63,621 bases of DNA, filler included, from Barthelona sp. PAP020 (GCA_040182905.1; 6 parts of 6 records of this genome joined end to end with filler, not necessarily neighbours in it), one strand, 5' to 3'. Numbered from the whole stretch's first letter, positions 48,670 through 59,968 are shown. The notes: a model not told the origin generated them from the letters alone. Numbers and translations are program-made.

Positions 48670-49192
48670 ATGAGCAAATTATTTTCAGATCAAAACAGTA
48701 TTTAATTTCGTTGTTTCATTATTGTTCTAATGTTTTGAATTAACTTTTATTTTTATTGGTTGTGGTTTTTTATTTATTCTTTTGGGAATATTAAATTTCA
48801 TTGATAGAGCTCTTATTTTATTGGGTAATTTGTTATTCATTGTTGGTATTTGTTGTCATTTTGGTGTGGATGGTTTGATGAAATATTTGAAACATCCAAG
48901 ACATATTAAAGGTACTTTTTTGTTTATTCTTGGATTATTCATTATTATTTCGAACTTCTTATATAAATTTACCACATTGATTGGTTTAGTTGTTGAAATT
49001 TATGGAATTCTCACCCTTTTTTCTGATTATGTTCCTGGTGTAATCAGTGTTTTGAGACATACTCCTTATGTTGGAAAGTTATTTAAAATTCCATCAGTTA
49101 ATAAGTTCCTGATGTTGTTTGTTGATAAAGGCAAAATTACCCCTTTTACAACATCCATTTCTAATGATCAATCAGAATTGGAAAGTGTTTGA
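48670..49192 (+). CDS. GOLT1: Got1/GOLT1 Golgi transport membrane protein; exons 48670-48697 and 48738-49192 (160 aa)
   Basis: The spliced product MSKLFSDQNKLTFIFIGCGFLFILLGILNFIDRALILLGNLLFIVG is colinear with the Got1 N-terminus; also KGT.LF..G, IGLVVEIYG...LF and LRHTPYVG. Confidence 0.82.
48698..48737 (+). other. Putative 40-nt non-canonical GT-TG intron in the Got1 gene
   Basis: GTATTT...TTCTAATGTTTTG. There is no AG between 48698 and 48805, and the unspliced frame stops at TAA 48703-48705. Confidence 0.6.
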
Positions 49193-49383
49193 TTTTTTTT
49201 ATTGGTCTTGTGTCTTTTCAGATTTTTTTTGGATTATTTTCGGCTATGTTTTTTAATATTTTTTTTGTTTTGTAAAAATATACATCTTTATTTAATGTTT
49301 TTGTTTTTTGTGATTGCTATTTTCAATTGAAAAAAAAACTGTTTTATTTTTGTATTTGCCTTTAGAAATAGTTTAAAATAATC

Positions 49384-51240
49384 ATGGATGATGAAATAGA
49401 AAAGATATTACCAAATTATAAGTTTTTAAAAGTTATAGGAACTGGTTCTTTTGGAAAATGTTCTCTTGTTCAAGATTTGGAAGGGGATGAATGGGTTTTG
49501 AAGACAATAAAGTTGAATGAATTAAATGAGACTGAAATTGAAGATGCACATAGAGAAGCATCTCATTTAAATAGATTAACGCATCCGTTCATTGTTGAAT
49601 ATCATGAAAGCTTTGTTTTCAAAAACTATTTGTGTATTATAATGGAATATTGTGAACAAGGTGATTTATCTACTTATTTGAAAAAAAGAAACAAAAAACC
49701 TCTATCCGAAAACCAGATTTTGGATTGGTTTTCGCAGTTGACCACAGCTTTGGCGCATTGTCATAAACATAAGGTTTTGCATCGCGATTTGAAAGCCCAA
49801 AATATATTTATTTCTCAACATAATCATCTCAAATTGGGAGATTTTGGAATTGCTAAAGTTTTATGTAGCACTAGAGATATGACGAGGAGTATTGTTGGAA
49901 CCCCATATTATATGTCTCCTGAACTTGTTAATGGGGAACCTTATGGATTTAAATCTGATGTATGGGCATTGGGATGCATCTTGTATGAATTGTGTAGTCG
50001 TAGACATGTTTTCAATGCTCAAACAATGAGTGCACTCATTGTGAAAATTTTGTCTGGCAAGATCAATTTTGATTTGCCATATAGCAATGAACTGTTGACA
50101 CTTTTGAAAAGAATGTTGGAAAAGAACATAAATAAACGACCTTCAGTTTATGAAGTGTTACGAACACCCTTAATATTTAATCGTATGAGGCATGTAATTG
50201 ATGATGGAAAAAAAGCAGGCAAAATTTCGTTCGATCTTGAAAATAATAACAACAAAATTGACTCTTCGAAACAACGAATGATGCAAATAAACAACCGTCG
50301 AATTCAACAAATACGGAGAAACGCTTCGAAGGTGGATCAGAAAATTGCAGATGCTGCAGAGCGCAGAAAAAAAATGCAACAACAGCAAAATAAACGTAGA
50401 GTAGATTCTTATATGGATTCAAGAAGGAAGCAGAATGAAGCAGAAAAGAGAAGAAATCGGAAGGATGATCTTGCTTCAAATACATCTTCACCAGTAGATG
50501 AGAAATACAATGAAGACGATTTTAGTAATGTGTTTGAACAAACACCTCCATTGATTGTAAACAAATTGGACATGTATGGTGTCAGCCCCAATATTTCTGA
50601 TGGAATGTTGGTTGTCAATCAAGGTGATTTGACTCTTGAACAGCTTCACATGGATGATATGAATGATGGTCATGTTGACATCAGTAGAGAAACAAATGAG
50701 AAATTACTTGCACAGAAATATGCAATTGAAAATGTGGTCAGTAGATTTAAGGAGCCTCCTAATCTTCAAGAGTTAAATTTACGTTTTCAAGAGCTTCTTC
50801 AGTTACCTTCCGATGTTTTTGAATATGACAATGATGCCAATAATCTGTTGAGAGAATCTATGATTCAAATTGAAAGTATTGAGTTAAATAATAAAGTTCT
50901 AGCTGAAGAAGAGCTTTACACAGCCTTTGAGGAACAATTGGACTCAATTGACATGGATATTCAACATGAAGAAGCAAATAAATCCAATCCCATTGTTGTT
51001 CATTCTGCTGAAAGTTCTCTTCTGAAGCGTTTGGAAAGATTGAGAAATTATATTGAAGAAAACGTGGGTGAAGTGATGTTTGAACAGATTTATGTTCATT
51101 TGAGAGATATTATTCAAGAGTTTGAAGAAAATTCATATCTTTTGGTGCGTGAATGTTTTAAAAAATATGAACTGAAAGATTCATCTTTAGAGCCATTATT
51201 CTGTGAATTATTGCAATTAGAAGATGCTTTATATGGTTAA
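49384..51240 (+). CDS. NIMA-related kinase (NEK1-like)
   Basis: GTGSFG, HPFIVEYHESF, LCIIMEYCEQGDL, ILDWFSQL, HRDLKAQNIF, GDFGIAKVL and GTPYYMSPE; coiled-coil middle; NEK1-like C-terminal RLERLRNYIE. Confidence 0.92.
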   Translation: MDDEIEKILPNYKFLKVIGTGSFGKCSLVQDLEGDEWVLKTIKLNELNETEIEDAHREASHLNRLTHPFIVEYHESFVFKNYLCIIMEYCEQGDLSTYLKKRNKKPLSENQILDWFSQLTTALAHCHKHKVLHRDLKAQNIFISQHNHLKLGDFGIAKVLCSTRDMTRSIVGTPYYMSPELVNGEPYGFKSDVWALGCILYELCSRRHVFNAQTMSALIVKILSGKINFDLPYSNELLTLLKRMLEKNINKRPSVYEVLRTPLIFNRMRHVIDDGKKAGKISFDLENNNNKIDSSKQRMMQINNRRIQQIRRNASKVDQKIADAAERRKKMQQQQNKRRVDSYMDSRRKQNEAEKRRNRKDDLASNTSSPVDEKYNEDDFSNVFEQTPPLIVNKLDMYGVSPNISDGMLVVNQGDLTLEQLHMDDMNDGHVDISRETNEKLLAQKYAIENVVSRFKEPPNLQELNLRFQELLQLPSDVFEYDNDANNLLRESMIQIESIELNNKVLAEEELYTAFEEQLDSIDMDIQHEEANKSNPIVVHSAESSLLKRLERLRNYIEENVGEVMFEQIYVHLRDIIQEFEENSYLLVRECFKKYELKDSSLEPLFCELLQLEDALYG

Positions 51241-51303
51241 TTATTAGTCAAATTGTAAATATCTTTGTATTTTTCAGGCATTTATTCAATATTTTTCGGT
51301 CAT

Positions 51304-51745
51304 NNNNNNNNNNNNNNNNNNNNNNNNNNNNNNNNNNNNNNNNNNNNNNNNNNNNNNNNNNNNNNNNNNNNNNNNNNNNNNNNNNNNNNNNNNNNNNNNN
51401 NNNNNNNNNNNNNNNNNNNNNNNNNNNNNNNNNNNNNNNNNNNNNNNNNNNNNNNNNNNNNNNNNNNNNNNNNNNNNNNNNNNNNNNNNNNNNNNNNNNN
51501 NNNNNNNNNNNNNNNNNNNNNNNNNNNNNNNNNNNNNNNNNNNNNNNNNNNNNNNNNNNNNNNNNNNNNNNNNNNNNNNNNNNNNNNNNNNNNNNNNNNN
51601 NNNNNNNNNNNNNNNNNNNNNNNNNNNNNNNNNNNNNNNNNNNNNNNNNNNNNNNNNNNNNNNNNNNNNNNNNNNNNNNNNNNNNNNNNNNNNNNNNNNN
51701 NNNNNNNNNNNNNNNNNNNNNNNNNNNNNNNNNNNNNNNNNNNNN
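51304..51745. other. Scaffold gap (442 N, no linker)
   Basis: A run of N lacking the TTAATTAATTAA spacer, so an intra-scaffold gap. Confidence 0.95.
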
Positions 51746-51778
51746 TTTTTAATTCTCATTACTAACTATATTTTTCAG
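51746..51778 (+). other. 3' end of an intron (TACTAAC branch point and TTTTTCAG acceptor)
   Basis: TACTAAC at 51760-51766 and CAG at 51776-51778. The downstream coding frame has TAA at 51763-51765, so it needs an upstream exon that lies in the gap. Confidence 0.65.
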
Positions 51779-53107
51779 AGATACTTCAAACATTATGTAT
51801 TGCTAATACTGATTATATTTATGTTAGCCCTGACGGTGATGATAATTTTAGTGGTGGATGTGGTGATTTTAACAATCCATGTAGAACAGTTCGTTATGCT
51901 ATTGAACAATGGAATGCCTACAATTCAACCCAACCTGAATCTGTTGTTAACGAATGGAAATTTGAAAAAATTATTAAATTTAAGCCAGGTGAATACAAGA
52001 TTGAATGTTCAGATTGTGCATATAACACGAACGAATTCCATATTAGTTTAGATTATGATGAAGATGATTTTTCTTTAATAAGTACTGAAGGATCATCAAA
52101 TACCATAATTAATTGTGATGGTCATAAAACTGCAATGTCTATAGCATTTGGTTTAAATGAAGAAAATTCCAATACAGTAAACTTAAGCGGATTTACTATT
52201 AAAAAATGTGTTCATTCTGCGATTTCTTTAACTCAAGTCAATGTTATTGCAGATGATTTGATCATTACTGACAATAATTTGGAAACTAGTTCTGCTTTTT
52301 CTGTTTTTGAGGGACAATTAATAATGACTAACACCAAATTTTTAAACAATGTTGTTGGAGGTAACATGCCTGGTGCTTTGGATTTGCAAGGATGTTCTAA
52401 TGTAACTATTGGCCCATTTGTTGAATTTAAAAATAATAGTGGATCAAAAACTGCGGGTGCAGTGATCATTTCTGGTGTTGCAAATTGCTTATTCATCAAT
52501 GTTACTGCCGAAGATAATTCCGCATTACGTGCTGGATTTGCCGAAATTCTTGAATCAGAAGTTGTTTTTAATGGAACCAACTTCATTAATAATAATGCTG
52601 ACAAGACTGGTGGTGTCATTGTTGCCTATCAATCTGTTCTTCGTTTCTTTGATTCTAATTTTGATGGTGCAACGACATCGTCCATGGGAGGTGCTATTTT
52701 TGCTAAAGATTGTTACACACTTACCTTTGTCAATGTTTATGTTAACAATATTCAATCACAGTTAGGTGGATTTTTGTATGGTCAAGATATTCAGCAAGCT
52801 GTTGTTTTTGACAATTGTTTTATCAACAATTCAAGGGCAGTAGGTGTTTCGGGACAAGGTGGTGCTATTTATTTGGCTCAATCTGCTGGATTGAAGTTTA
52901 TGAACTCCACCCTATCGAAGGTTCAATCTCAACGTAATGGAGGTATATATTTGGAAGGAACTCAAGGAATCATTGTTGATTCTTCATTTATTGGGGGAAA
53001 TTCTGGTGTTGGAAGTGGTATTTTTGCAATCAACACTGAATTGCAAGTCACTGGATCAACATTTAAGAATAATAATGCATCAACAGGAGGAGCTATTGGA
53101 GTTTCAC
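51779..53107 (+). CDS. Secreted/surface right-handed beta-helix (pectin-lyase-like / polymorphic membrane protein-like GGAI repeat) protein, partial at both ends
   Basis: The frame of ORF 52135 extends upstream through ILQTLCIANTDYIYVSPDGDDNFSGGCGDFNNPCRTVRYAI. Repeated FxNN and GGAI/GGVI motifs. Truncated by the linker. Confidence 0.8.
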
Positions 53108-53207
53108 NNNNNNNNNNNNNNNNNNNNNNNNNNNNNNNNNNNNNNNNNNNNTTAATTAATTAANNNNNNNNNNNNNNNNNNNNNNNNNNNNNNNNNNNNN
53201 NNNNNNN
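53108..53207. other. Artificial contig-joining linker
   Basis: N44-TTAATTAATTAA-N44. Confidence 0.97.
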
Positions 53208-53296
53208 CCTCGTCCAACAGTCTCACATTCTATCGCTGGCATCTTATAACGATAGTTAGGATCATCAGATCCATTAATATTTAACATACGCGACAT
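53208..53296 (-). CDS. EIF5: Translation initiation factor eIF5, N-terminal fragment truncated by the contig edge
   Basis: MSRMLNINGSDDPNYRYKMPAIECETVGR matches the eIF5 N-terminal D..YRYKMP motif. Confidence 0.82.
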
Positions 53297-53902
53297 TTGA
53301 ATGTGGAAAAAAAAAATGGTCTTGTGAATTTTTTGCATATTTTTTATTTCAGTCAAAGCCATTTTAAAATTTAAATTTATCACTATTGAGTAAAAACTGT
53401 TTCAAAAAATTAATTTTTAAATAAAAAACGGGAACAAAAAGCTGTTTCCAATTTATCATCAGCTTCATTAACTGAATGAACATATATTTAACATGTTGTT
53501 ATTTTATTGGTTGAAAGTGAATAAGCACAACTGGAAACAACTTCACAAATTCAAATACTCTTTTGGGCTTTGTCATTTTGTATATTTGCTATTTGTTTCA
53601 TTATAAAACTAATTGATTAGGAAAATTTTGAAGAAAAATATGAGGAATTATTGAAGAAACATTTTTTGTTCTTAGTTCTTCTAATTTTAAACTACTGGAA
53701 TTTTTAATAGTTTATATTGCTATTTTTTCATGCACAATTAGTTATTTTGAAAAATTTATTCAGCAGAAAGTCCATGTTCAGCTTGTTGAAAAGAGTTTTG
53801 ACTCTTTTTTTTTCCTGGTTTTATTTTCATTTGATGGTCTTGACAATATTATTTAATGAAAATGAAAAATGATTTTGTTTTCAATCTTTCTTTTTTGTTT
53901 TT

Positions 53903-54442
53903 ATGTTTCCCAACTTCAATAATTCGAATCATATTCCTGGTGAACCATTTAGAAATTCAAGAAATCAACCGAATCGAAATAATTTAGGTCCTCGAATTGG
54001 AAATTCTGATCTAAATCCAATTGTTAATCCCTTTTCTAATATTAATGGTATACATCCCACTAATTATCGTAACAACCAAAATATTAATGGTGGAAATCTT
54101 GTTGGACCCAACCATCCAATTTTTCACAGGGGAGATCATCCTTCCCAACAAATGTTCAATCAACCTTTAGCTCCTTCATATTTTCCATCTTCTGCTTTGA
54201 GGATTGATCCCATTGGTCCTAATATTGCACCTGATCCTGATTGTCTTTTTCCACCTGAACAGCCAAGAAACCAACCTGTTCCTGTTTTTCCAGCATCTTC
54301 TGAACAATTACCAAATTTGAGTAATACTATAACTGATGATTCTGTTACAAACGAAACCAATGATAAACCTCATGCTGTTGATTTACAAGAACCTATTGAT
54401 ACCCAATTAGATGATGGAGACTATGATGAAATATATATGTAA
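53903..54442 (+). CDS. PSMF1: Proteasome inhibitor PI31-like protein (proline-rich C-terminal domain only)
   Basis: IGNSDLNP, GGNLVGPNHPIF, RIDPIGP, PDPDCLFPP and a C-terminal HbYX-type IYM. Confidence 0.8.
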   Translation: MFPNFNNSNHIPGEPFRNSRNQPNRNNLGPRIGNSDLNPIVNPFSNINGIHPTNYRNNQNINGGNLVGPNHPIFHRGDHPSQQMFNQPLAPSYFPSSALRIDPIGPNIAPDPDCLFPPEQPRNQPVPVFPASSEQLPNLSNTITDDSVTNETNDKPHAVDLQEPIDTQLDDGDYDEIYM

Positions 54443-55237
54443 ACAAATATGTAACCAAACAAACCTTTTTCGCTTTTTTTTTAAGATGTTACAAATTTAT
54501 GAGACACAATTTTTTTTTGGTAAAAAATAGTTTTTTTGGCAAAAAATGCATAATATTTGCAGCATTGAATCAAAAAAAAAAAAAAAGGCTAACTTTACTG
54601 GAAAATAACTGGAAACTTTGGTTTTGGTGGAAAAAAGGAGTTCTGCACACATTTGTGCAAATATTCATTATAATGTGAGCCTATAAAAGTAAAAACAACA
54701 AAGTCAGCATTTTACAAATTAACACTTGCAAAAAAGTTCAACACAACTCTTTTTTTAATCAGTAAATCTCAACAAATAGAAGTTGAAGTATTGTGTTAAG
54801 GGGATAGACTGAGTTTTGAGAAAATAAAATAAAAAAATCAAAATCACATTTTTCCAAAATGAAGAGATGATTACTACAATTTGAAAGCTCTTTTGTTACA
54901 ACAAATTCTTTTTACTCCACCTGACATATTAACAACAACATGGTATACTGTTTTCATTCTTTGTTCGTGTTTATTGATTCTTCGTTTTGACTGCAAACTC
55001 CAATATTAAAATTTTCTATGTCAAATGATCTAATTCACAAACAATATTGAAAAAGAACAAGTATTCAAAATTGTTTTTTTTTTGAACAGCTTATTTCTTT
55101 GAATTTATCCCACAACTGTTTTGTTCTTCACTATAATTCATTTTAAACAAACGAATTAAATAAGTTTCTAAGTGAATAAGCAATAAAACTATTTTCTTTT
55201 TTTTATTTATGTTTATTCCATGTTTATCCAGTAAGAC

Positions 55238-56182
55238 ATGAAAAAATTTAATAGGTATCCATTTTCGGGAACTGTATTATTCAAAGCAGAGAATAATCAT
55301 TTATTGTTGATATTTTCCTACCTTATTCTTTCGATAATAATTTTTATAGGTTCATATTTTCTTGGGTTTGTTGCAATACTGTTCACTGCATTTTTTCCCA
55401 TTTCTTTAATATTTGTTTCATTGTTGGTTCAAACTTTTGATTCTTTTGATTCATTATCTGGGAAAATTATTGCACTCATATTGTATGTAATTGCTATTTG
55501 TGTTTGTTTGATATCATTTATTAAATATTTTTCATTAGGTGATTCCAATTCTGTGATATACTATGCATTTCTTCTTGGAATTTCTTATAATTTTCGAAGA
55601 ATTGTATTTTTATTTCTTAAACATGATGTTAAAAATTCCGATAAATTTATCAAATACGCGATTTTAAATAAAAATGATGAATTTTCAAATCATTCAAGAA
55701 CAAATGAGTTTTTCAAAAATAAGTATGGAAATTTAGAAGATTTGAAAAGTATATTCCCCATCAAAACGTATATTGAAGCATTATTTCTGATTTTTCAATT
55801 ATCTTGTTTCCTGTGGATCTATTTTCAATTTGATAATAATTTCAAAGGCTTGTATTTGATATTTGTTTGTATTTTATTCGAAATACTCAATTTAACTTCC
55901 ATTGAAGTGGGGAGTTATTTTCCTTATTTTTTTTGTCGTTCTTTGATTATTGTAATTGCTTTTTTTTATCATTTAAATTGGCTAAATGAATTGTTTATAG
56001 GTATTAGTTGGTTTATTTTTGGTATTTCCATTGTTTTGATGAGAAAAAAACATTCTTCTGGAATTAAAGGAGACCATAATAAGAGTGATAAAGTTTTTAA
56101 TGTACAAGTAGATGCCATCAATGTCTCTTTTTCCAGCAAAAACACAATTTATGATCCAGATGCATGGTTTTTAAAAGAGTAA
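55238..56182 (+). CDS. Multi-pass membrane protein of unknown function
   Basis: 314-aa ATG ORF with about 8 hydrophobic segments in two clusters. Confidence 0.75.
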   Translation: MKKFNRYPFSGTVLFKAENNHLLLIFSYLILSIIIFIGSYFLGFVAILFTAFFPISLIFVSLLVQTFDSFDSLSGKIIALILYVIAICVCLISFIKYFSLGDSNSVIYYAFLLGISYNFRRIVFLFLKHDVKNSDKFIKYAILNKNDEFSNHSRTNEFFKNKYGNLEDLKSIFPIKTYIEALFLIFQLSCFLWIYFQFDNNFKGLYLIFVCILFEILNLTSIEVGSYFPYFFCRSLIIVIAFFYHLNWLNELFIGISWFIFGISIVLMRKKHSSGIKGDHNKSDKVFNVQVDAINVSFSSKNTIYDPDAWFLKE

Positions 56183-56823
56183 TTGATATATGATACAAAA
56201 TACACAACAATTAACAAATAACACATTTATTTATTTCATAAACAAACAGGTAATTTTTAATTTTTTGTTTTTGCACTTTGGTTTTCATTTTTTTTTGTGC
56301 CTATTCTTTCTTATACAGAACTAATCCTTTGTTATAATCAAATCAACATTTTCCAATTCTATCTTTTTCCAAGGTAGAGAACTGTTCCATAAATTAACCC
56401 AAAAATTTTGAGCTACAGCAATTTAAATAAGAAACTTTGTGCAACTAAGACAAATTTTAGGGAAAATTGAAGCCTATTGCTCTTTTATGCAATTATCAAT
56501 GTAATATTTCACATCTGATATGGGATGTAGCCCTTCTATCACAATTTATGAAAGAGTAGGTCTCAAAAATGAGAGGTTCTTTTCAGAAATGCTGCATTCC
56601 AAGAAAAGAATAAGATATTAGTTTATTATTTATTAATTAACCCAGTTCTTCAGTGTCTAATCCTATAAAGCTTCGGAAAAGCTCCGTGCAGAAGCAAAAC
56701 AGAAAATAGAAAAAAAGAGAGAATTTCTTCAAACATTTGTGCTTACGAATTTTCAACAAAACAATATTTATAAATTTTTACAATTTAAAATTAATTTTTT
56801 GCCAAAACCATTAAATAGCACTC

Positions 56824-59694
56824 CTAAGCTTCAAAAGTTAAAACTGATTCACCACTACCACGAATCAAACATACAGGTGTGCGAACAACGGAGCTTAAAA
56901 GATCATTCCAAACCAAGAATAACTTATTTGGAACATTTGAACGAGGAATTGGCATGTTCATGTAAACAATTTTTGCATTGGCTGAGTATTCTCTCATCAC
57001 TGTGCATAATCTAAAAATATGTGCTGTTCTTTGATAATGTTCTTGAGGAATATCAACATTTCTCCATTTCTTAACAGCTTCAACAATATGAATATCAGCT
57101 TGCCTGGCAACATCTTGAAGATCAGAAAACGTCAGATCAAAATTATTGAGATCAGCAACAATTCTATCAACAGAATATTTGTTTATCTGTGTAGAATCAA
57201 CTATATCTGGTATGTCCAATTCAATTGAGTCAGGACCAATTTGTTGAGAGTCCAATAAATTATTTGGCAGTTCAGCACTATTTGCTGTGTCAATTTCTTC
57301 TTCATTTTCATCATCATCATCTTCTTCTTCATCTTTAAACATATCAAAAACATTGGCTTGTTTTGAGGTTTTATTCATAACAGAAGGCATAACTGTGTGA
57401 CCAATGGTAAACATATGACATAACTCAGTATCATTCATCGCAAAACTAACTCTCTCAGTGGGTACAACAATTATTTTAACTTCAAATCTCAATTTGGAAA
57501 CTAATTCGGTAATTTGTTGAGCTGTAGAATCATTGCTACCTACTACGAATAATCTTAAAACACAATTCTCATAATTTTGATGTTTTTGAATTAAATATGG
57601 CAACAACATTGTTAAACCACCATCATTAATCATCCAATACACATCAATTGATCCTTTAGCACCACTTTGAGCTACAACAGAATTATAAAGAAAATCAGTT
57701 CTTCGAGAAATCATCAAACTGTAACCATATCTTGCAGCATCTCGCAAAGAATTCACAAAATCATCACATAATCGTTGAGTTACCTCAGGAACCTCATGAA
57801 TGGTGTTATAATGCTCAGGAAATGGCATCATTAATATGTTTGGTCTAATAATAGATAAGCCAGATATATTCAATAATGATCTGATACCATCAGTCAACGA
57901 AGGTGAAACAACAACATCAACGACAGCTTTTAATTTATTATCTGCAATATAAGTCTGTAAATCACTAACTCTTTTTTGCCTGATCAATGCTTTATTGCCA
58001 AATTCTTCATTTTCTCTTAAAGGAATTACATTTCCCACAACACAAAGACCACCACCTTCTTGTACCATATCAGAAGCAAAGTTAATCATTGTTTTATTGT
58101 TTAAATCACCAATCACTAAAATATGGGGTCTGTATAATTTGACATGATGGAAATTTCTGTAGGCAGCCAATTTTCGAATATTCTTCACAGCTCCAGAAAT
58201 GACATTGGCTCTTGTGGCATCTCCCCAATCAATGTCTTTCACAATAGAACTGATATATAAATATAAAATAACAATTGTAAGAATGGAAATAATGGCAGTG
58301 ATGGGATCGATCAAAAGCATAAATGCAACACATTCTAAAGCTCCAAAAAGAGATACCCATTTCGAAAAATATTTGAAAGTTGGTCTAAACGAAGGCATGT
58401 TCGCAGATTCTGCAGCAAATGTCGAATAGTTAATCAAAGCATAAGAAGTCAAATAGAAATTGGAGATCAATGGAGCAATAGCATCAAGGTTACCAATTAA
58501 AACAAAGCCAAAGGCAATAACAAATGTTAAAACGGTAGCTCTAATTGGATTATCATCCGATTCTCTTCCTTTAGCAAAAGGATTGACAAATGGGAAAATT
58601 TTATCTCTAGCAAGAGCCTGAAGCACACGAGGGGCACCCATAAATGCTGCAATAGCTGAACTAATAGTTGCGGCAATGACACCAGCATAAACAATTTCTG
58701 ATACAAGTGAAGATCGAATCATGATGAGCATATCTTCAATCAAGGATTTGTTGGTAATAGAGCCTGCAAACAAAAAAACAAGTCCAAAATATACTAACGT
58801 GGTCGCCAATTTGGCCAAAAGGGTGCCTTTAGGAATAGAAGTGGATGCATCTTTAAGATCACCAGACATATTAGCCCCAGCCATAATTCCGGTAACTGCA
58901 GGGAAAAAAACACCTAACATAGCAAAGAAACTCGAATTGGCCTTTGCATAATTTGGACCAAGATTATTAACCAATAAAGAAAAACTAAAACCTTCAAAAG
59001 AACCAGTAATAGGGGGTTTTACAAAAACTCCAATGATAAACATCAAAATAGCTGCTATAACCAAAATCAATAGGAAATACTGAACTTTAACTATCCAACC
59101 AACACCAATAACAACCATCAAAAAAATGACAACAACAGTAATAGCACCATAAACTTGCATATCAGTTGTTGTTTTACCAGTTAAGGAAGGTATTAAATCA
59201 ACCAAAACTTCACAAAAACCAATCACGTAAATGGTAACTCCAATGGCAGAAGCAAGGAAAAATACCAAACCGATTGCACCACCAAATTCAGGACCAACAG
59301 ATCGCGCAATAAGATAATAACATCCTCCTCCTTTAACAGTACCATTTGTGGCCAGAGCGGACATTGATAAAGAAGTAATTAATGTGGCAGATACCGATAA
59401 CATAACAATGAGCAATGCTTGCCAAACACCAGCAACACCAACAACCTTTCCTAAACGTAAAAATAGAATAACACCAAAAATATTTAAAACAACAGGAGTA
59501 AAAACACCTGCAAATGTGCCCAAAATTCGTGGAGCACCTTCATTTGTAGTACTTTCTTCTTGTGTATGTGAAGGAATAGGAATCGAATGATCAATCATGT
59601 TTGACATCACATTTGATTTTTTCCCTTTAAATGAATGTTCTAATTGTTGCCCAATAAAAAATGTGTTGGAAGAATCACTTTCAACTGAAGACAT
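56824..59694 (-). CDS. SLC12 cation-chloride cotransporter
   Basis: LGTFAGVFTP..LNIFGVILFLRLG, GGCYYLIARSVGPEFGGAIG, FFPAVTGIMAGANMSGDLKD....IPKGT, FRPTFKY, IDVYW..DGG and C-terminal RG..ESVLTF. First ATG at 59694; ends at TAG. Confidence 0.95.
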   Translation of the reverse strand: MSSVESDSSNTFFIGQQLEHSFKGKKSNVMSNMIDHSIPIPSHTQEESTTNEGAPRILGTFAGVFTPVVLNIFGVILFLRLGKVVGVAGVWQALLIVMLSVSATLITSLSMSALATNGTVKGGGCYYLIARSVGPEFGGAIGLVFFLASAIGVTIYVIGFCEVLVDLIPSLTGKTTTDMQVYGAITVVVIFLMVVIGVGWIVKVQYFLLILVIAAILMFIIGVFVKPPITGSFEGFSFSLLVNNLGPNYAKANSSFFAMLGVFFPAVTGIMAGANMSGDLKDASTSIPKGTLLAKLATTLVYFGLVFLFAGSITNKSLIEDMLIMIRSSLVSEIVYAGVIAATISSAIAAFMGAPRVLQALARDKIFPFVNPFAKGRESDDNPIRATVLTFVIAFGFVLIGNLDAIAPLISNFYLTSYALINYSTFAAESANMPSFRPTFKYFSKWVSLFGALECVAFMLLIDPITAIISILTIVILYLYISSIVKDIDWGDATRANVISGAVKNIRKLAAYRNFHHVKLYRPHILVIGDLNNKTMINFASDMVQEGGGLCVVGNVIPLRENEEFGNKALIRQKRVSDLQTYIADNKLKAVVDVVVSPSLTDGIRSLLNISGLSIIRPNILMMPFPEHYNTIHEVPEVTQRLCDDFVNSLRDAARYGYSLMISRRTDFLYNSVVAQSGAKGSIDVYWMINDGGLTMLLPYLIQKHQNYENCVLRLFVVGSNDSTAQQITELVSKLRFEVKIIVVPTERVSFAMNDTELCHMFTIGHTVMPSVMNKTSKQANVFDMFKDEEEDDDDENEEEIDTANSAELPNNLLDSQQIGPDSIELDIPDIVDSTQINKYSVDRIVADLNNFDLTFSDLQDVARQADIHIVEAVKKWRNVDIPQEHYQRTAHIFRLCTVMREYSANAKIVYMNMPIPRSNVPNKLFLVWNDLLSSVVRTPVCLIRGSGESVLTFEA

Positions 59695-59968
59695 AATGTT
59701 ATAAGACAAAAAAAAAGACAGAAACAAGAAATAAAAAAAAGAGAGTGAATTTGGTTTCCCAACATTCCCCCCATGTATATGACATTTAAATGAAAAAACA
59801 ATGTTTAAAAATCTTTATTTATAACATATAAACCAAAATAGTTGATAAAGGAACTGAAAGAAGAAATGATAGTGCAACCTCTTCAGTTCTGAAAATTTGT
59901 TGATAGTGTTGTCAAATTTGAAATGATTTATTTCAAAAAACAAAGCACAAGACAAATATTTATAAAAT

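Noticed and set aside
51265..51765. ORFs running through N tracts (also 21082..21297 and 52937..53155)
   Set aside because: Their length comes from N bases, not from sequence.
10579..53207. Five identical TTAATTAATTAA palindromes at ~10.6-kb spacing, suggestive of a periodic element
   Set aside because: Each is centred in exactly 44+44 N, and the intervening contigs decrease in length (10571, 10536, 10523, 10499 bp), so this is a concatenation artefact.
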